Below, one piece after another: positions 20,030 through 28,692 of a stretch of DNA of 64,000 nucleotides. Origin of the DNA: Candidatus Pacearchaeota archaeon. GTDB lineage: Archaea > Nanobdellota > Nanobdellia > Pacearchaeales > GW2011-AR1. The position numbers and the translations under genes were made by a program. Below the pieces are notes generated by a model. That model had not been told where the DNA came from, searched no databases, and worked only from the letters and a program-made list of their open reading frames with translations. Position 1 is the first letter of the stretch. Every line of letters starts with the position of its first letter. The DNA lies in assembly GCA_017609205.1 (NCBI GenBank), contig JAFCEL010000001.1, positions 439,224 to 503,223 of the forward strand, written 5' to 3'.

Positions 20030-21417
20030 ATTTTCTTAAATAGAATTTTTGATTTTTTAATCTTTTCTGCACTGAAGTGATGTTTAATCTTTTCTGCACT
20101 TTCTGGAATAAATGGCCAGAGCAATTCAGAAATTTTCAAAATCGATTCTTTTAATTCATAAAGAGCTTTTTTATCCTTGGTTTCCCAGATTTTTTTACTT
20201 TGAACATATTCGTTGCATATGTCAATGAAACCAAAGATTTCGTTTAATACCTTATCGAACTCATAGTTATCAAAGAGAATTTCAATTTTTTTTAGATTCA
20301 GCTTTTTTAAGAGGGAATTATCTGTTTTATCTATACCATGTCTTTCAATTAGAGCAGAAACTCTTGAGACGAGATTCCCTAATTTGTCTGCGAGTTCGTT
20401 ATTATGTCTTTCAATTAAAGCTTTTTCTGAGAAATCGCCGTCTTTACCAAAAGAAGTTTCTCTAAATAAGAAATACCTTGCTGAGTCAACCCCTGCGATT
20501 GCTATCAATTCATCAATGTTGATAACTTTCCCTCGTGACTTTGAAATTTTCTCCTTATTGAAAGTCCACCAACCATGCGCAAAAATTTTTTTTGGTAAAT
20601 CAATTCCTGCGGATAATAAAAATGCAGGCCAGTAAACTGCATGAAACCATAAGATGTCTTTTCCAATAAAATGTATGTCTGTTGGCCAGAATTCTTCTTT
20701 TCCCTTTTCTCTAGTAGCGCTATAATAATTGAACAAAGCATCAAACCACACATAACAAACATGTTCTTTGTCAAAAGGTAAAGGAATTCCCCAATCAAAG
20801 CTAGTCCTTGATATACTCAAATCTTTCAACCCTTCCTTGACTCTGTTAATGATTTCTTTTCTTTTGTCTTTTGGGAGAATAAAATCAGGATTTTTTTTAT
20901 AGAGGTCTAAGAGCTTATCTTGGTATTTGGAAAGCCTAAAAAAATAACTCTTTTCTTTTAGTTTTTCGATTTTAGTTTTATGAACAGGACAACACCCTTC
21001 TTCTAGATCTTTTTCTGTATAATATGCTTCACAGGCAGTACAATAAAAACCTTCGTATTCTCCTTTGTAGATATCCCCCTTATTATAAACTTTTTTTAAG
21101 ATATCTATAACAACTTCTTCATGGTCTTTGTCTGTTGTTCTAATAAACCTGTCGTAATCAATATTTAATTTTTTCCAAGCTTCTTTAAATTTAAGAGTCA
21201 GATTGTCTGTGAATTCTTTTGGGTTTTTGTTTTCCTTTTCTGCTGCTTGAGCAATTTTTTTCCCATGATCATCTGTTCCTGTAAGGAAAAATACTCTCTT
21301 GCCTCTTAGCCTATTCCATCTTGCTGATATGTCTGCAGCTAGTGTTGTATATGCATGGCCAATATGAGGTATATCATTTGGGTAGTATATTGGTGTTGTG
21401 ATGTAAAACTTCTCCAT
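20026..21417 (-). CDS. metG: methionyl-tRNA synthetase (catalytic + anticodon-binding core)
   Basis: FYITTPIYYPNDIPHIGHAYTT (HIGH motif) and a zinc knuckle CTAC...CCPVH. Confidence 0.85.
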   Translation of the reverse strand: MEKFYITTPIYYPNDIPHIGHAYTTLAADISARWNRLRGKRVFFLTGTDDHGKKIAQAAEKENKNPKEFTDNLTLKFKEAWKKLNIDYDRFIRTTDKDHEEVVIDILKKVYNKGDIYKGEYEGFYCTACEAYYTEKDLEEGCCPVHKTKIEKLKEKSYFFRLSKYQDKLLDLYKKNPDFILPKDKRKEIINRVKEGLKDLSISRTSFDWGIPLPFDKEHVCYVWFDALFNYYSATREKGKEEFWPTDIHFIGKDILWFHAVYWPAFLLSAGIDLPKKIFAHGWWTFNKEKISKSRGKVINIDELIAIAGVDSARYFLFRETSFGKDGDFSEKALIERHNNELADKLGNLVSRVSALIERHGIDKTDNSLLKKLNLKKIEILFDNYEFDKVLNEIFGFIDICNEYVQSKKIWETKDKKALYELKESILKISELLWPFIPESAEKIKHHFSAEKIKKSKILFKKI

Positions 21418-21468
21418 ATTTTTAGATAAAAATAATATTAATAAACTTAATCATTCTTAATACAAAAA

Positions 21469-21539
21469 GCGCCGTTAGTTTATTGGTAGAATTTTGGCTT
21501 CCCAAGCCAGAGGGGCGGGTTCGATTCCCGCACGGCGCA
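21469..21539 (+). tRNA. tRNA-Gly (anticodon CCC)
   Basis: Hand-folded cloverleaf: acceptor gcgccgt/acggcgc, anticodon loop ttCCCaa, T-loop ttcgatt. Confidence 0.8.
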
Positions 21540-21604
21540 TAATGATTATTTTGCGTATTAATTCTTAGAATTATAAGGGGTTCTTTTTAGTTTGTGATTT
21601 TTAA

Positions 21605-21928
21605 TTATCTATAATCTCTTCTAATATGACTGCACTTTGTGCATTTAAAGAATTTTGTTTCTGCTTCATCACTTGCACGGGTTTGGACTGTCCAGAAATA
21701 TGCTTTTGTATTTCCGCATTTTTGACAATCACTATCAACTATTGGATAAATCTCTGAATCTTTTTCTTTGATAACAGGAATTTCTTTTTTTTCTTCAGTT
21801 TTCTCAGAGCTGATTAGCTTAATTTTCTCTTTTGTAGAGTAATTACATCTGGGGCATCCATAATTTTTGACTTTCATTATAAGGATGGCACCACACTTGG
21901 GACAGAATTGCATTGTGTTTTTTATCAA
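21605..21928 (-). CDS. tfs: transcription factor S (TFS) / RpoM-like
   Basis: N-terminal Zn ribbon and C-terminal TFIIS-type ribbon (CQKCG...QTRASDEAETKFFKCTKC). Confidence 0.8.
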   Translation of the reverse strand: MIKNTMQFCPKCGAILIMKVKNYGCPRCNYSTKEKIKLISSEKTEEKKEIPVIKEKDSEIYPIVDSDCQKCGNTKAYFWTVQTRASDEAETKFFKCTKCSHIRRDYR

Positions 21929-21950
21929 TTCCTCTTTTTAAACTTTTTGA

Positions 21951-22577
21951 TTAATTCTCTTTGCATAAACCTCTTTCTGAAGGAGGTCTTGTTAGCTCGA
22001 AAAAGATTAATTTACCCCATCCAAGGAAAGGAGTTATTTTGAAGATGGCTTTTCCTACTAATTGGTCTTCTCTTATTCTCTTTTCACTTTCTAATTGTCC
22101 CCAATTATTGTCTCCAATCGTCGAGAAAATATATTCTTCACCTTCCTTTTCTATTTTTATAACTCTATGTATCAAAGGGTTTTTTTTACCAGCATCAAAA
22201 ATTATAATATCTCCGACCTTTATCTTTTCAGGATTTGCTTTTATAATGAATAAAATATCCCCTTTGTTAAATCCGCTTAGAAATTTGAAATTGGAAAATT
22301 CTTGCTTTTCTATTCCTAAACCATTATATTTCTTTTCGTGTCTTTCCCACCATGAGTTATAATTGGAAAATATATCTCCTTTATGATACATGCTGCATGA
22401 CTCTACAATTGCCATTGGAAGAGAACTTCCTGTTACCAAACTTAATCCAGGGAGAAAAATCAGTTTTACGAATATAAAAAGAAAAATTATCGAGAAAAGC
22501 CATCCTTTTAGACTCTGGTCCTCCCATAAGAGATGCCAAAATTTTCTCCAATATCTCTTTATGTAATTCTTTTTCAT
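21951..22577 (-). CDS. signal peptidase I (Sec11-type)
   Basis: N-terminal TM and the SCSMYH region, analogous to the SGSMEP catalytic Ser motif. Confidence 0.6.
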   Translation of the reverse strand: MKKNYIKRYWRKFWHLLWEDQSLKGWLFSIIFLFIFVKLIFLPGLSLVTGSSLPMAIVESCSMYHKGDIFSNYNSWWERHEKKYNGLGIEKQEFSNFKFLSGFNKGDILFIIKANPEKIKVGDIIIFDAGKKNPLIHRVIKIEKEGEEYIFSTIGDNNWGQLESEKRIREDQLVGKAIFKITPFLGWGKLIFFELTRPPSERGLCKEN

Positions 22578-22668
22578 GAAGTGCTTAATTATTGAGGGTA
22601 TTTAAGATTTTTCAGTAGCGTGGCTCTGGATTTAGATTCTCAAAGTGAATCGCATCCTTAATGTGCTT

Positions 22669-22827
22669 TCATTTCCAGATGAGATGTATAATTGTTGCTG
22701 CAACAGTACCAACAATAAGTGCTGCTAATATTTTTTCTACTATTCCTAAATTTATTATTCCTGATATGCCTCCTGCTAGTGCACCGACAACGCCTCCTAT
22801 GACAGCACTTTTTTTATTAAATTTCAT
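22669..22827 (-). CDS. small glycine-zipper membrane protein (52 aa; below the ORF-track cutoff)
   Basis: Hand translation gives MKFNKKSAVIGGVVGALAGGISGIINLGIVEKILAALIVGTVAATIIHLIWK. Confidence 0.3.
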   Translation of the reverse strand: MKFNKKSAVIGGVVGALAGGISGIINLGIVEKILAALIVGTVAATIIHLIWK

Positions 22828-22957
22828 AGTTTTTAACCTCTAATTATGACTTAAGTTGATTTATATTTATAATTCTTGTGACTGGAGTCGATTGAGCATA
22901 ATGTATGGGCTTTTATTATTGCTTAATTATTATATTTGTGCAAGCCGCTATAAGCGA

Positions 22958-22970
22958 AATATTTATATAG
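22958..22970 (+). promoter_or_regulatory. putative TATA box (atttatata) ~27 nt upstream of ATG 22992 (leaderless)
   Basis: TTTATATA-like element at the expected archaeal spacing. Confidence 0.35.
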
Positions 22971-22991
22971 TGTATATTGCGTGTATATACA

Positions 22992-23345
22992 ATGGCGGAT
23001 ATATTTGATAATACTATCTTATGCAAAAAATGCAATAAGAAGATGAATTCTGCAAATATAGAAAAGAATGGTTTTTTATTAAGAGCAGTTGTATGTCCGA
23101 AATGTAATTCAAAAATAGTTCACCCCCTTGATGAAGAGAGATATAGTCGTTTTATGAGTTTGAAGAATAAAGAATTTAAAGTAAAGATGCGTCTTGTTGG
23201 AAATAGTTATGCTGTTTCAATTCCAAAAGAGATAGTGTCTTTTATGAATGCACAAAAGAAGATGATGGATGATATGGTGAGATTATGTTTTGAAGACCTT
23301 GGAAGATTGAGTTTAAATTTTATGGAGATGAAGAAGGTAAAATGA
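22992..23345 (+). CDS. Zn-ribbon + AbrB/MazE-like swapped-hairpin domain protein
   Basis: CKKCNKK...CPKCNSK ribbon followed by [19 protein letters not shown] (AbrB/SpoVT-like). Its stop overlaps the cdc48 start (ATGA). The ATG at 22992 is preferred over the TTG at 22977. Confidence 0.5.
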   Translation: MADIFDNTILCKKCNKKMNSANIEKNGFLLRAVVCPKCNSKIVHPLDEERYSRFMSLKNKEFKVKMRLVGNSYAVSIPKEIVSFMNAQKKMMDDMVRLCFEDLGRLSLNFMEMKKVK

Positions 23346-25630
23346 AGGATAAGAAAATAAGGTTAAAAGTTGTTGAGGCACAACAGGATGATGCTTACAA
23401 AGGTATTGCTAGAATTGATAATAGGGTTATGAGGGAATTAGGTATCAAGAGGGGAGATGCTATTTTGATTAAAGGAAATCGTGAGACAGTTGCAATTGCA
23501 GATAGAGCTTATCCTGCTGATGTTGGAGAAGGAATAATAAGAATAGACGGGATTACAAGAAGAAATGCAAAAGCCGGAATTGGGGATGTTGTAACTGTGG
23601 AAAAGGCAAATATTAAGGAAGCAAGGAAAGTTACAATTGCACCAGTTCAGAAAGGAATTATGGTGCAGGGGGACCCCGTAGGATTAAGAAACGGTTTGTT
23701 GGGAAGGACTCTTGTTAGAGGGGATGTTGTTGTTCTTGGAGGTGTGCAAAGAAGGAGAGATATAATGTCTGATTTTGGTGATTTAGATGATATTTTTGGT
23801 GATTTGTTTGGAGGAATGGGTTTTGGGAATCTTGGCGGAGGAGTTACACAGATAAGGTTTGTAGTAGTTTCTTCAAATCCTTCTGGTCCTGTCCAGATTA
23901 CTGAGAATACAGATGTTGTTCTTAATCCAAAAGCAGTTGATGTTAGTGAAGATAAAATCCCTGAAATTACTTATGAAGATATTGGAGGATTGTCTGAGGA
24001 AATCAAGAAAATTCGTGAGATGGTTGAGATTCCTTTGAAGCATCCGGAGATATTTCAGAAGTTGGGAATAGAACCTCCAAAAGGAGTTTTACTTCATGGT
24101 CCTCCTGGAACAGGTAAGACACTTTTAGCAAAAGCAGTTGCGAATGAATCAGAGGCAAATTTCATTCTATTAAATGGTCCTGAGATAATGTCTAAATTTT
24201 ATGGAGAGTCAGAAAAGAAAATTCGTGATGTTTTTGAAGATGCAGAAAAGAATGCTCCTTCTATTATTTTTATCGACGAGATTGATTCAATTGCCCCTAA
24301 AAGAGAAGATGTTGGAGGGGAGGTTGAGAGGAGGGTTGTGTCACAGATTCTTACAATGATGGATGGCTTGAAAGCAAGAGGAAAAGTGATTGTTATTGGT
24401 GCGACAAATCGTGTTAATGCTCTTGATCCTGCATTAAGAAGACCAGGGAGATTTGATAGAGAGGTTTCCATTAATGTTCCTGATAAGCAAGGGAGAAGAA
24501 CAATATTGGGAATTCATACAAGGGGAATGCCTCTAAAGAATGTGAATCTTGATGAAATTGCTGGATTAACACATGGTTTTGTCGGTGCTGATTTAGAATC
24601 TCTTGCTAAGGAAGCTGCGATGAATGTTTTGAGAAAATATCTTCCTCATATGAAGCTTGATGAGAGCGAGCAAATTCCTCATGATGTTTTAGAAAAGCTT
24701 GTGATAAGACATAGTGATTTTTTAGATGCTTTGAAAGTTGTTAGACCTTCTGCAATGAGGGAAGTTCTTGTTGAAACACCTAATGTTAGTTGGGATGATG
24801 TAGGAGGTTTAAATGATATTAAACAGGATTTGAAAGAAGCAGTTGAATGGCCTTTGAAAAATCCCGAGTGTTTTAAGAGAATGGGTATTCGTCCTTCAAG
24901 AGGAATTTTGCTTTACGGTCCTCCTGGAACAGGTAAGACACTTTTAGCAAAAGCAGTAGCTAAAGAATCAGAGGCAAATTTCATTCAGATTAAAGGACCT
25001 TCATTGTTGAGTATGTGGGTTGGAAAGTCAGAGGAGGGTGTGAGGAAGATTTTTGAAAGAGCAAGACAGGTGGCACCTTGCATAATCTTTTTTGATGAAA
25101 TTGATTCTCTTGGAGGTAAGAGAGGAGTAGAGACAGGGACTAAAGTTACAGAGAGAGTTTTGAATCAGATACTCGCTGAGATGGATGGACTTGAAGATTT
25201 GAATGATATTTTAATCATTGGAGCAACTAATCGTCCTGATATGCTCGATTCTGCTTTGTTAAGGCCTGGGAGATTTGATAAGATACTTTTAGTTAATACT
25301 CCAACTGAAGAAGGCAGAAGAAGGATTCTGGAAGTTCACACAAAGAACATGCCTCTTGCTAAAGGAATTAATCTTGCAGATTTGGCTAAAAAGACTAATG
25401 GTTATACTGGGGCTGACTTAGAAGCACTTACAAGAGAAGCTGCAATGCTTGCTTTGAGAGAAGATATGAATTGTAAAGAAGTCAAGAAAAAACATTTTGA
25501 TGAGGCATTGAAGAAAATTAAACCAAGTGTGACAAAACAGACAATTGATGTCTACAAAAAAATAGAGGAGAGCTTTTTGAAATCAGCGAAAGCAGCACTT
25601 CCTACAGGGGGAAATAGTTATTTTGGGTAG
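23342..25630 (+). CDS. cdc48: Cdc48/VCP-like AAA+ ATPase (two AAA domains)
   Basis: Two [15 protein letters not shown] Walker A motifs, two DEID Walker B motifs and a double-psi barrel N-domain. Confidence 0.9.
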   Translation: MKDKKIRLKVVEAQQDDAYKGIARIDNRVMRELGIKRGDAILIKGNRETVAIADRAYPADVGEGIIRIDGITRRNAKAGIGDVVTVEKANIKEARKVTIAPVQKGIMVQGDPVGLRNGLLGRTLVRGDVVVLGGVQRRRDIMSDFGDLDDIFGDLFGGMGFGNLGGGVTQIRFVVVSSNPSGPVQITENTDVVLNPKAVDVSEDKIPEITYEDIGGLSEEIKKIREMVEIPLKHPEIFQKLGIEPPKGVLLHGPPGTGKTLLAKAVANESEANFILLNGPEIMSKFYGESEKKIRDVFEDAEKNAPSIIFIDEIDSIAPKREDVGGEVERRVVSQILTMMDGLKARGKVIVIGATNRVNALDPALRRPGRFDREVSINVPDKQGRRTILGIHTRGMPLKNVNLDEIAGLTHGFVGADLESLAKEAAMNVLRKYLPHMKLDESEQIPHDVLEKLVIRHSDFLDALKVVRPSAMREVLVETPNVSWDDVGGLNDIKQDLKEAVEWPLKNPECFKRMGIRPSRGILLYGPPGTGKTLLAKAVAKESEANFIQIKGPSLLSMWVGKSEEGVRKIFERARQVAPCIIFFDEIDSLGGKRGVETGTKVTERVLNQILAEMDGLEDLNDILIIGATNRPDMLDSALLRPGRFDKILLVNTPTEEGRRRILEVHTKNMPLAKGINLADLAKKTNGYTGADLEALTREAAMLALREDMNCKEVKKKHFDEALKKIKPSVTKQTIDVYKKIEESFLKSAKAALPTGGNSYFG

Positions 25631-25654
25631 TAAACAAACAATTTATGAGGGTTT

Positions 25655-26038
25655 ATGAAAGGAAAAATCTATATTGCAGAAGATAATGAGGGGATAAGAA
25701 AACTTCTTGGTGAGCTTTTCTCAACTTTTCTTCCAGAATACTCTATAGAGCTATTTTCAGATGGTTTAACCCTTCAATCCAGATTAGAAAGTTCTTTAGG
25801 AAATTCAGAAGATTATCCTAAGTTAATTATTACTGATAATAATGTTCCTCAGAGGGATTTAGGGTTGAAATTAGCAAAACAATATTCTTCAGAGGCAGGT
25901 ATACCAGTAATAATAATGTCTAGCTCTTCTATTGAGAAAGAGTCAAAAGATGCAGGGGCATATGGTTTTATTCAGAAGCCATTTAAGATTTTTCAATTTG
26001 TCGAATTAGCAGAAACTGCTTTGAGTTCTAAAGGGTAG
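25655..26038 (+). CDS. stand-alone response-regulator receiver (CheY-like)
   Basis: IAEDNE acidic pocket, LIITDNNVP phospho-Asp region and a conserved K near FIQKPF. Confidence 0.6.
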   Translation: MKGKIYIAEDNEGIRKLLGELFSTFLPEYSIELFSDGLTLQSRLESSLGNSEDYPKLIITDNNVPQRDLGLKLAKQYSSEAGIPVIIMSSSSIEKESKDAGAYGFIQKPFKIFQFVELAETALSSKG

Positions 26039-26906
26039 TTACTTTTGTGCCTTCTTGGTCAAGTAGTAATGTATGCTCTGCTTGTGATACTTTTGAACCT
26101 TTTTTTTCTATAAGTTGAGCAAAATTATGCAAGTTTCCGTTTTCTTCTAATTGTTTTAGTGCAAATAATGCGCGAGTTCCAAATTTTTTAACAATCCACC
26201 TTGAGCAGAAGGGAAGTGTGTGATAGTTTTCAATAATATATCTTAGAATTTCACGAGCAGTTGGGTTGCGGATATTTTTCTCAGAAGTAATAACATAAAT
26301 CTCAGATGGTTTTCCGTCGTGAACTTTGCCAGAACCTGTTGTTGCGAATGGCTCAATTGCATACAGGCCTTTTTCTAATGTATTATTTAATTTATTCCCT
26401 ATATTAGGGATTGTTATCCCTGCATGCAGATTGTATTTCCCTATTGAATGTCCTGATAAGTTTATTATTGGAGAAAAACCAAAATTTTCAATTGTATTTT
26501 GAATAGTAGTTCCAATTTTATTAAGGTTTGTTCCTTGTTTGAAGGCTTCTATAGCATTCTTTAATGCTTGTTCAGATGCTTGAATTAGTTTTTTGTTTTC
26601 GTCTGAGTTTTCTAAATCGATTGAAAAGGCATGATCAGAAATCCATCCATCTACGTGAACACCAAAGTCAATCTTCAGCAAGCCATGTGCTTTTGTTTCA
26701 TCATTGTGTGAAGGTGTAAAATGTGCAGCAATTTCATTTATGCTAAGATTAACAGGAAATGCTGGTTTGCCCCCAAGTTCAATGATTTTGTTCTCAATCT
26801 TTTCTGCGATATCTAAGAGAGGAACACCTTTTTTTAACTGAGGTTTGATATACTCTCTTACCTGTGATGCAATTTTTCCTGCAAGAATAACTTTTTGTCT
26901 TTCCAT
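26028..26906 (-). CDS. map: methionine aminopeptidase (type 2, archaeal)
   Basis: Pita-bread fold with AHFTP motif, 292 aa. Confidence 0.85.
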   Translation of the reverse strand: MERQKVILAGKIASQVREYIKPQLKKGVPLLDIAEKIENKIIELGGKPAFPVNLSINEIAAHFTPSHNDETKAHGLLKIDFGVHVDGWISDHAFSIDLENSDENKKLIQASEQALKNAIEAFKQGTNLNKIGTTIQNTIENFGFSPIINLSGHSIGKYNLHAGITIPNIGNKLNNTLEKGLYAIEPFATTGSGKVHDGKPSEIYVITSEKNIRNPTAREILRYIIENYHTLPFCSRWIVKKFGTRALFALKQLEENGNLHNFAQLIEKKGSKVSQAEHTLLLDQEGTKVTTL

Positions 26907-27014
26907 AGAACAAGATATATTAGTTGTTTTATAAAATTTTATAGGTTTTTTCTTGATTATAATTAGTTTTTGGAGAGCTCTTATTAAGGATATTCATAAC
27001 TTTTATAAGTTCTT

Positions 27015-27215
27015 TTGATATTGAGAAATATGGGAAGAATATGGTTTTTTTGGATTCTGATAGGGATAATATTCTGTGTTGGAGTTTTTCTTTTATCAGC
27101 CGGGATGACAGGTTTGGTTATTTTAAATATGGGTAATCCTGTATTTTCTTTTATTGGGCCTATTCTTTTACTTTTTGCATTGATAATAGTCTTTTTTTTA
27201 ATCAAGAAGTTTTAA
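27015..27215 (+). CDS. small two-TM membrane protein (66 aa)
   Basis: Strongly hydrophobic ORF. It is preferred over the antisense Lys-rich ORF. Confidence 0.3.
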   Translation: MILRNMGRIWFFWILIGIIFCVGVFLLSAGMTGLVILNMGNPVFSFIGPILLLFALIIVFFLIKKF

Positions 27216-27715
27216 TGAATCTTGTTTGGTTCTTTATTGATATTCTTTTCTTTTAATCTTCTATTCTTTGGTATAAAGTTTGTAATTTTTTCTTCACTTG
27301 CTTTGCCACATCCTAAGAAATCATTTTTGTATTTCATTATCATGAATCCTTTTTTTGGGATTTTAATATTTAATTCGTTTCCTTTCATCCATAAATCAAA
27401 TTGCTCGTCGTTAAGTTCAAATATATTCTTTGTGATTTGGTTTTTTAACAATTGCACTCCCTCAATACTCAGACGCATTTCACCTGCAATGAATTTTCCG
27501 AAGTAAATCCCAACTCTTTCTAGGGGGATTGTTCTCTCAAGTTCTTGTATTTCTTTCTCATTGAGGTTTCCTTGAAATAAGAACAATCTTTCCTGTCCTC
27601 GCATAGAGATTATGCCTTTTACTTTTGTTATCCCGAATTGTTTATTAAGTTGCGAGATTATTCTTTCTTTTTCTTTTTGCGATATAATCTTCAAGCGCGG
27701 ATTTCTAATAGTCAT
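27212..27715 (-). CDS. hypothetical protein; possibly the detached C-terminal (RNA-binding) module of the upstream NSUN methyltransferase
   Basis: Overlaps the upstream NSUN catalytic ORF's stop by 4 nt (ATGA). No catalytic motifs. Confidence 0.45.
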   Translation of the reverse strand: MTIRNPRLKIISQKEKERIISQLNKQFGITKVKGIISMRGQERLFLFQGNLNEKEIQELERTIPLERVGIYFGKFIAGEMRLSIEGVQLLKNQITKNIFELNDEQFDLWMKGNELNIKIPKKGFMIMKYKNDFLGCGKASEEKITNFIPKNRRLKEKNINKEPNKIH

Positions 27716-28692
27716 TTTATTTTTGTAAATTTCGCAATGAAAAATCCTTCGGTATTAGTGTCCTGTGGATATATTCTTGCGCATTTTTTTACTTCATTTG
27801 AAAATTCTTCGTTTTCCCAGGCAGTTATTCCTTCTCGGGATTTTATGGGAATATTTATTTTTTCTAATTTTATTTTATTTTCAAACTCTTTTAGGATAGA
27901 GTCAACAACCCCTTCATTTTCCTCTGGTGCATGCGTGCAAGTTGAGTAAATCAGAGTTCCTTTTGGTTTTAAAATTTCTAATGCAGATGCAATCAGCGCT
28001 TTTTGTATTTTTGGGAGATTCTTTATGGTTTTTATGTTCCACATTTTGTACGTCTTTAATGAGCTTCGTAGAGTTCCTTCACCAGAACAAGGTGCGTCAA
28101 CAAGAATCTTGTCCACTTTAATTTTGGGGGTGTATTTTGCTAATCTTTTGCAAAGAGCAATTCCGTCTTTTCTTGAGATTATTGTGTTGACTGCCCCACA
28201 TCTTTCTAAATTTGAAGCTAGAATTTTGAGTCGCCCCATTGAAACTTCATTTGCAATAATTGTTCCTGTTCCTCTCATCTCCGAAGACAATTGTGTTGTT
28301 TTACTTCCTGGCGCAGCACATAAATCTAAGATAAATTCATTTTCTCTTGGTTCAAGTGCAATTACCGGTAACATGCTTGCGAGTTCTTGTATATAATAAT
28401 ACCCTAAGATATGTTCTACTGCTCTTCCAAGTTCACCAGGTTCTAGTTCACTTTCAATGATCATGGCTTCTGGATATTTTTTCCAAGGTTGTTTAATCTT
28501 CCATCCTTTATCTTCTAGTTTTTTCTTTAACTCACTTGGAGATATTTTTATTTTATTACAGCGAATTGATTTTATGGGTGGTGTTTTGAGGGTATTTAGA
28601 TAATTCTGAAAATCTTTTTTCTCTGGCAAAAGTTTTTTCATACGTTCTAAGAAAAGAGGTTTTGGTTCTGGAGTTTTTCTGGTTGATATCAT
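27712..28692 (-). CDS. NOL1/NOP2/Sun-family RNA cytosine-C5 methyltransferase
   Basis: DLCAAPGSKTTQL SAM motif, DAPCSGEG (motif IV Cys) and TCTHAPEENE (motif VI Cys). Confidence 0.8.
   Translation of the reverse strand: MISTRKTPEPKPLFLERMKKLLPEKKDFQNYLNTLKTPPIKSIRCNKIKISPSELKKKLEDKGWKIKQPWKKYPEAMIIESELEPGELGRAVEHILGYYYIQELASMLPVIALEPRENEFILDLCAAPGSKTTQLSSEMRGTGTIIANEVSMGRLKILASNLERCGAVNTIISRKDGIALCKRLAKYTPKIKVDKILVDAPCSGEGTLRSSLKTYKMWNIKTIKNLPKIQKALIASALEILKPKGTLIYSTCTHAPEENEGVVDSILKEFENKIKLEKINIPIKSREGITAWENEEFSNEVKKCARIYPQDTNTEGFFIAKFTKIK

Noticed and set aside
26984-27205. Minus-strand Lys-rich 73-aa ORF
   Set aside because: Its low-complexity basic composition is typical of antisense AT-rich DNA. 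The overlapping plus-strand hydrophobic ORF is more protein-like, though itself weak.
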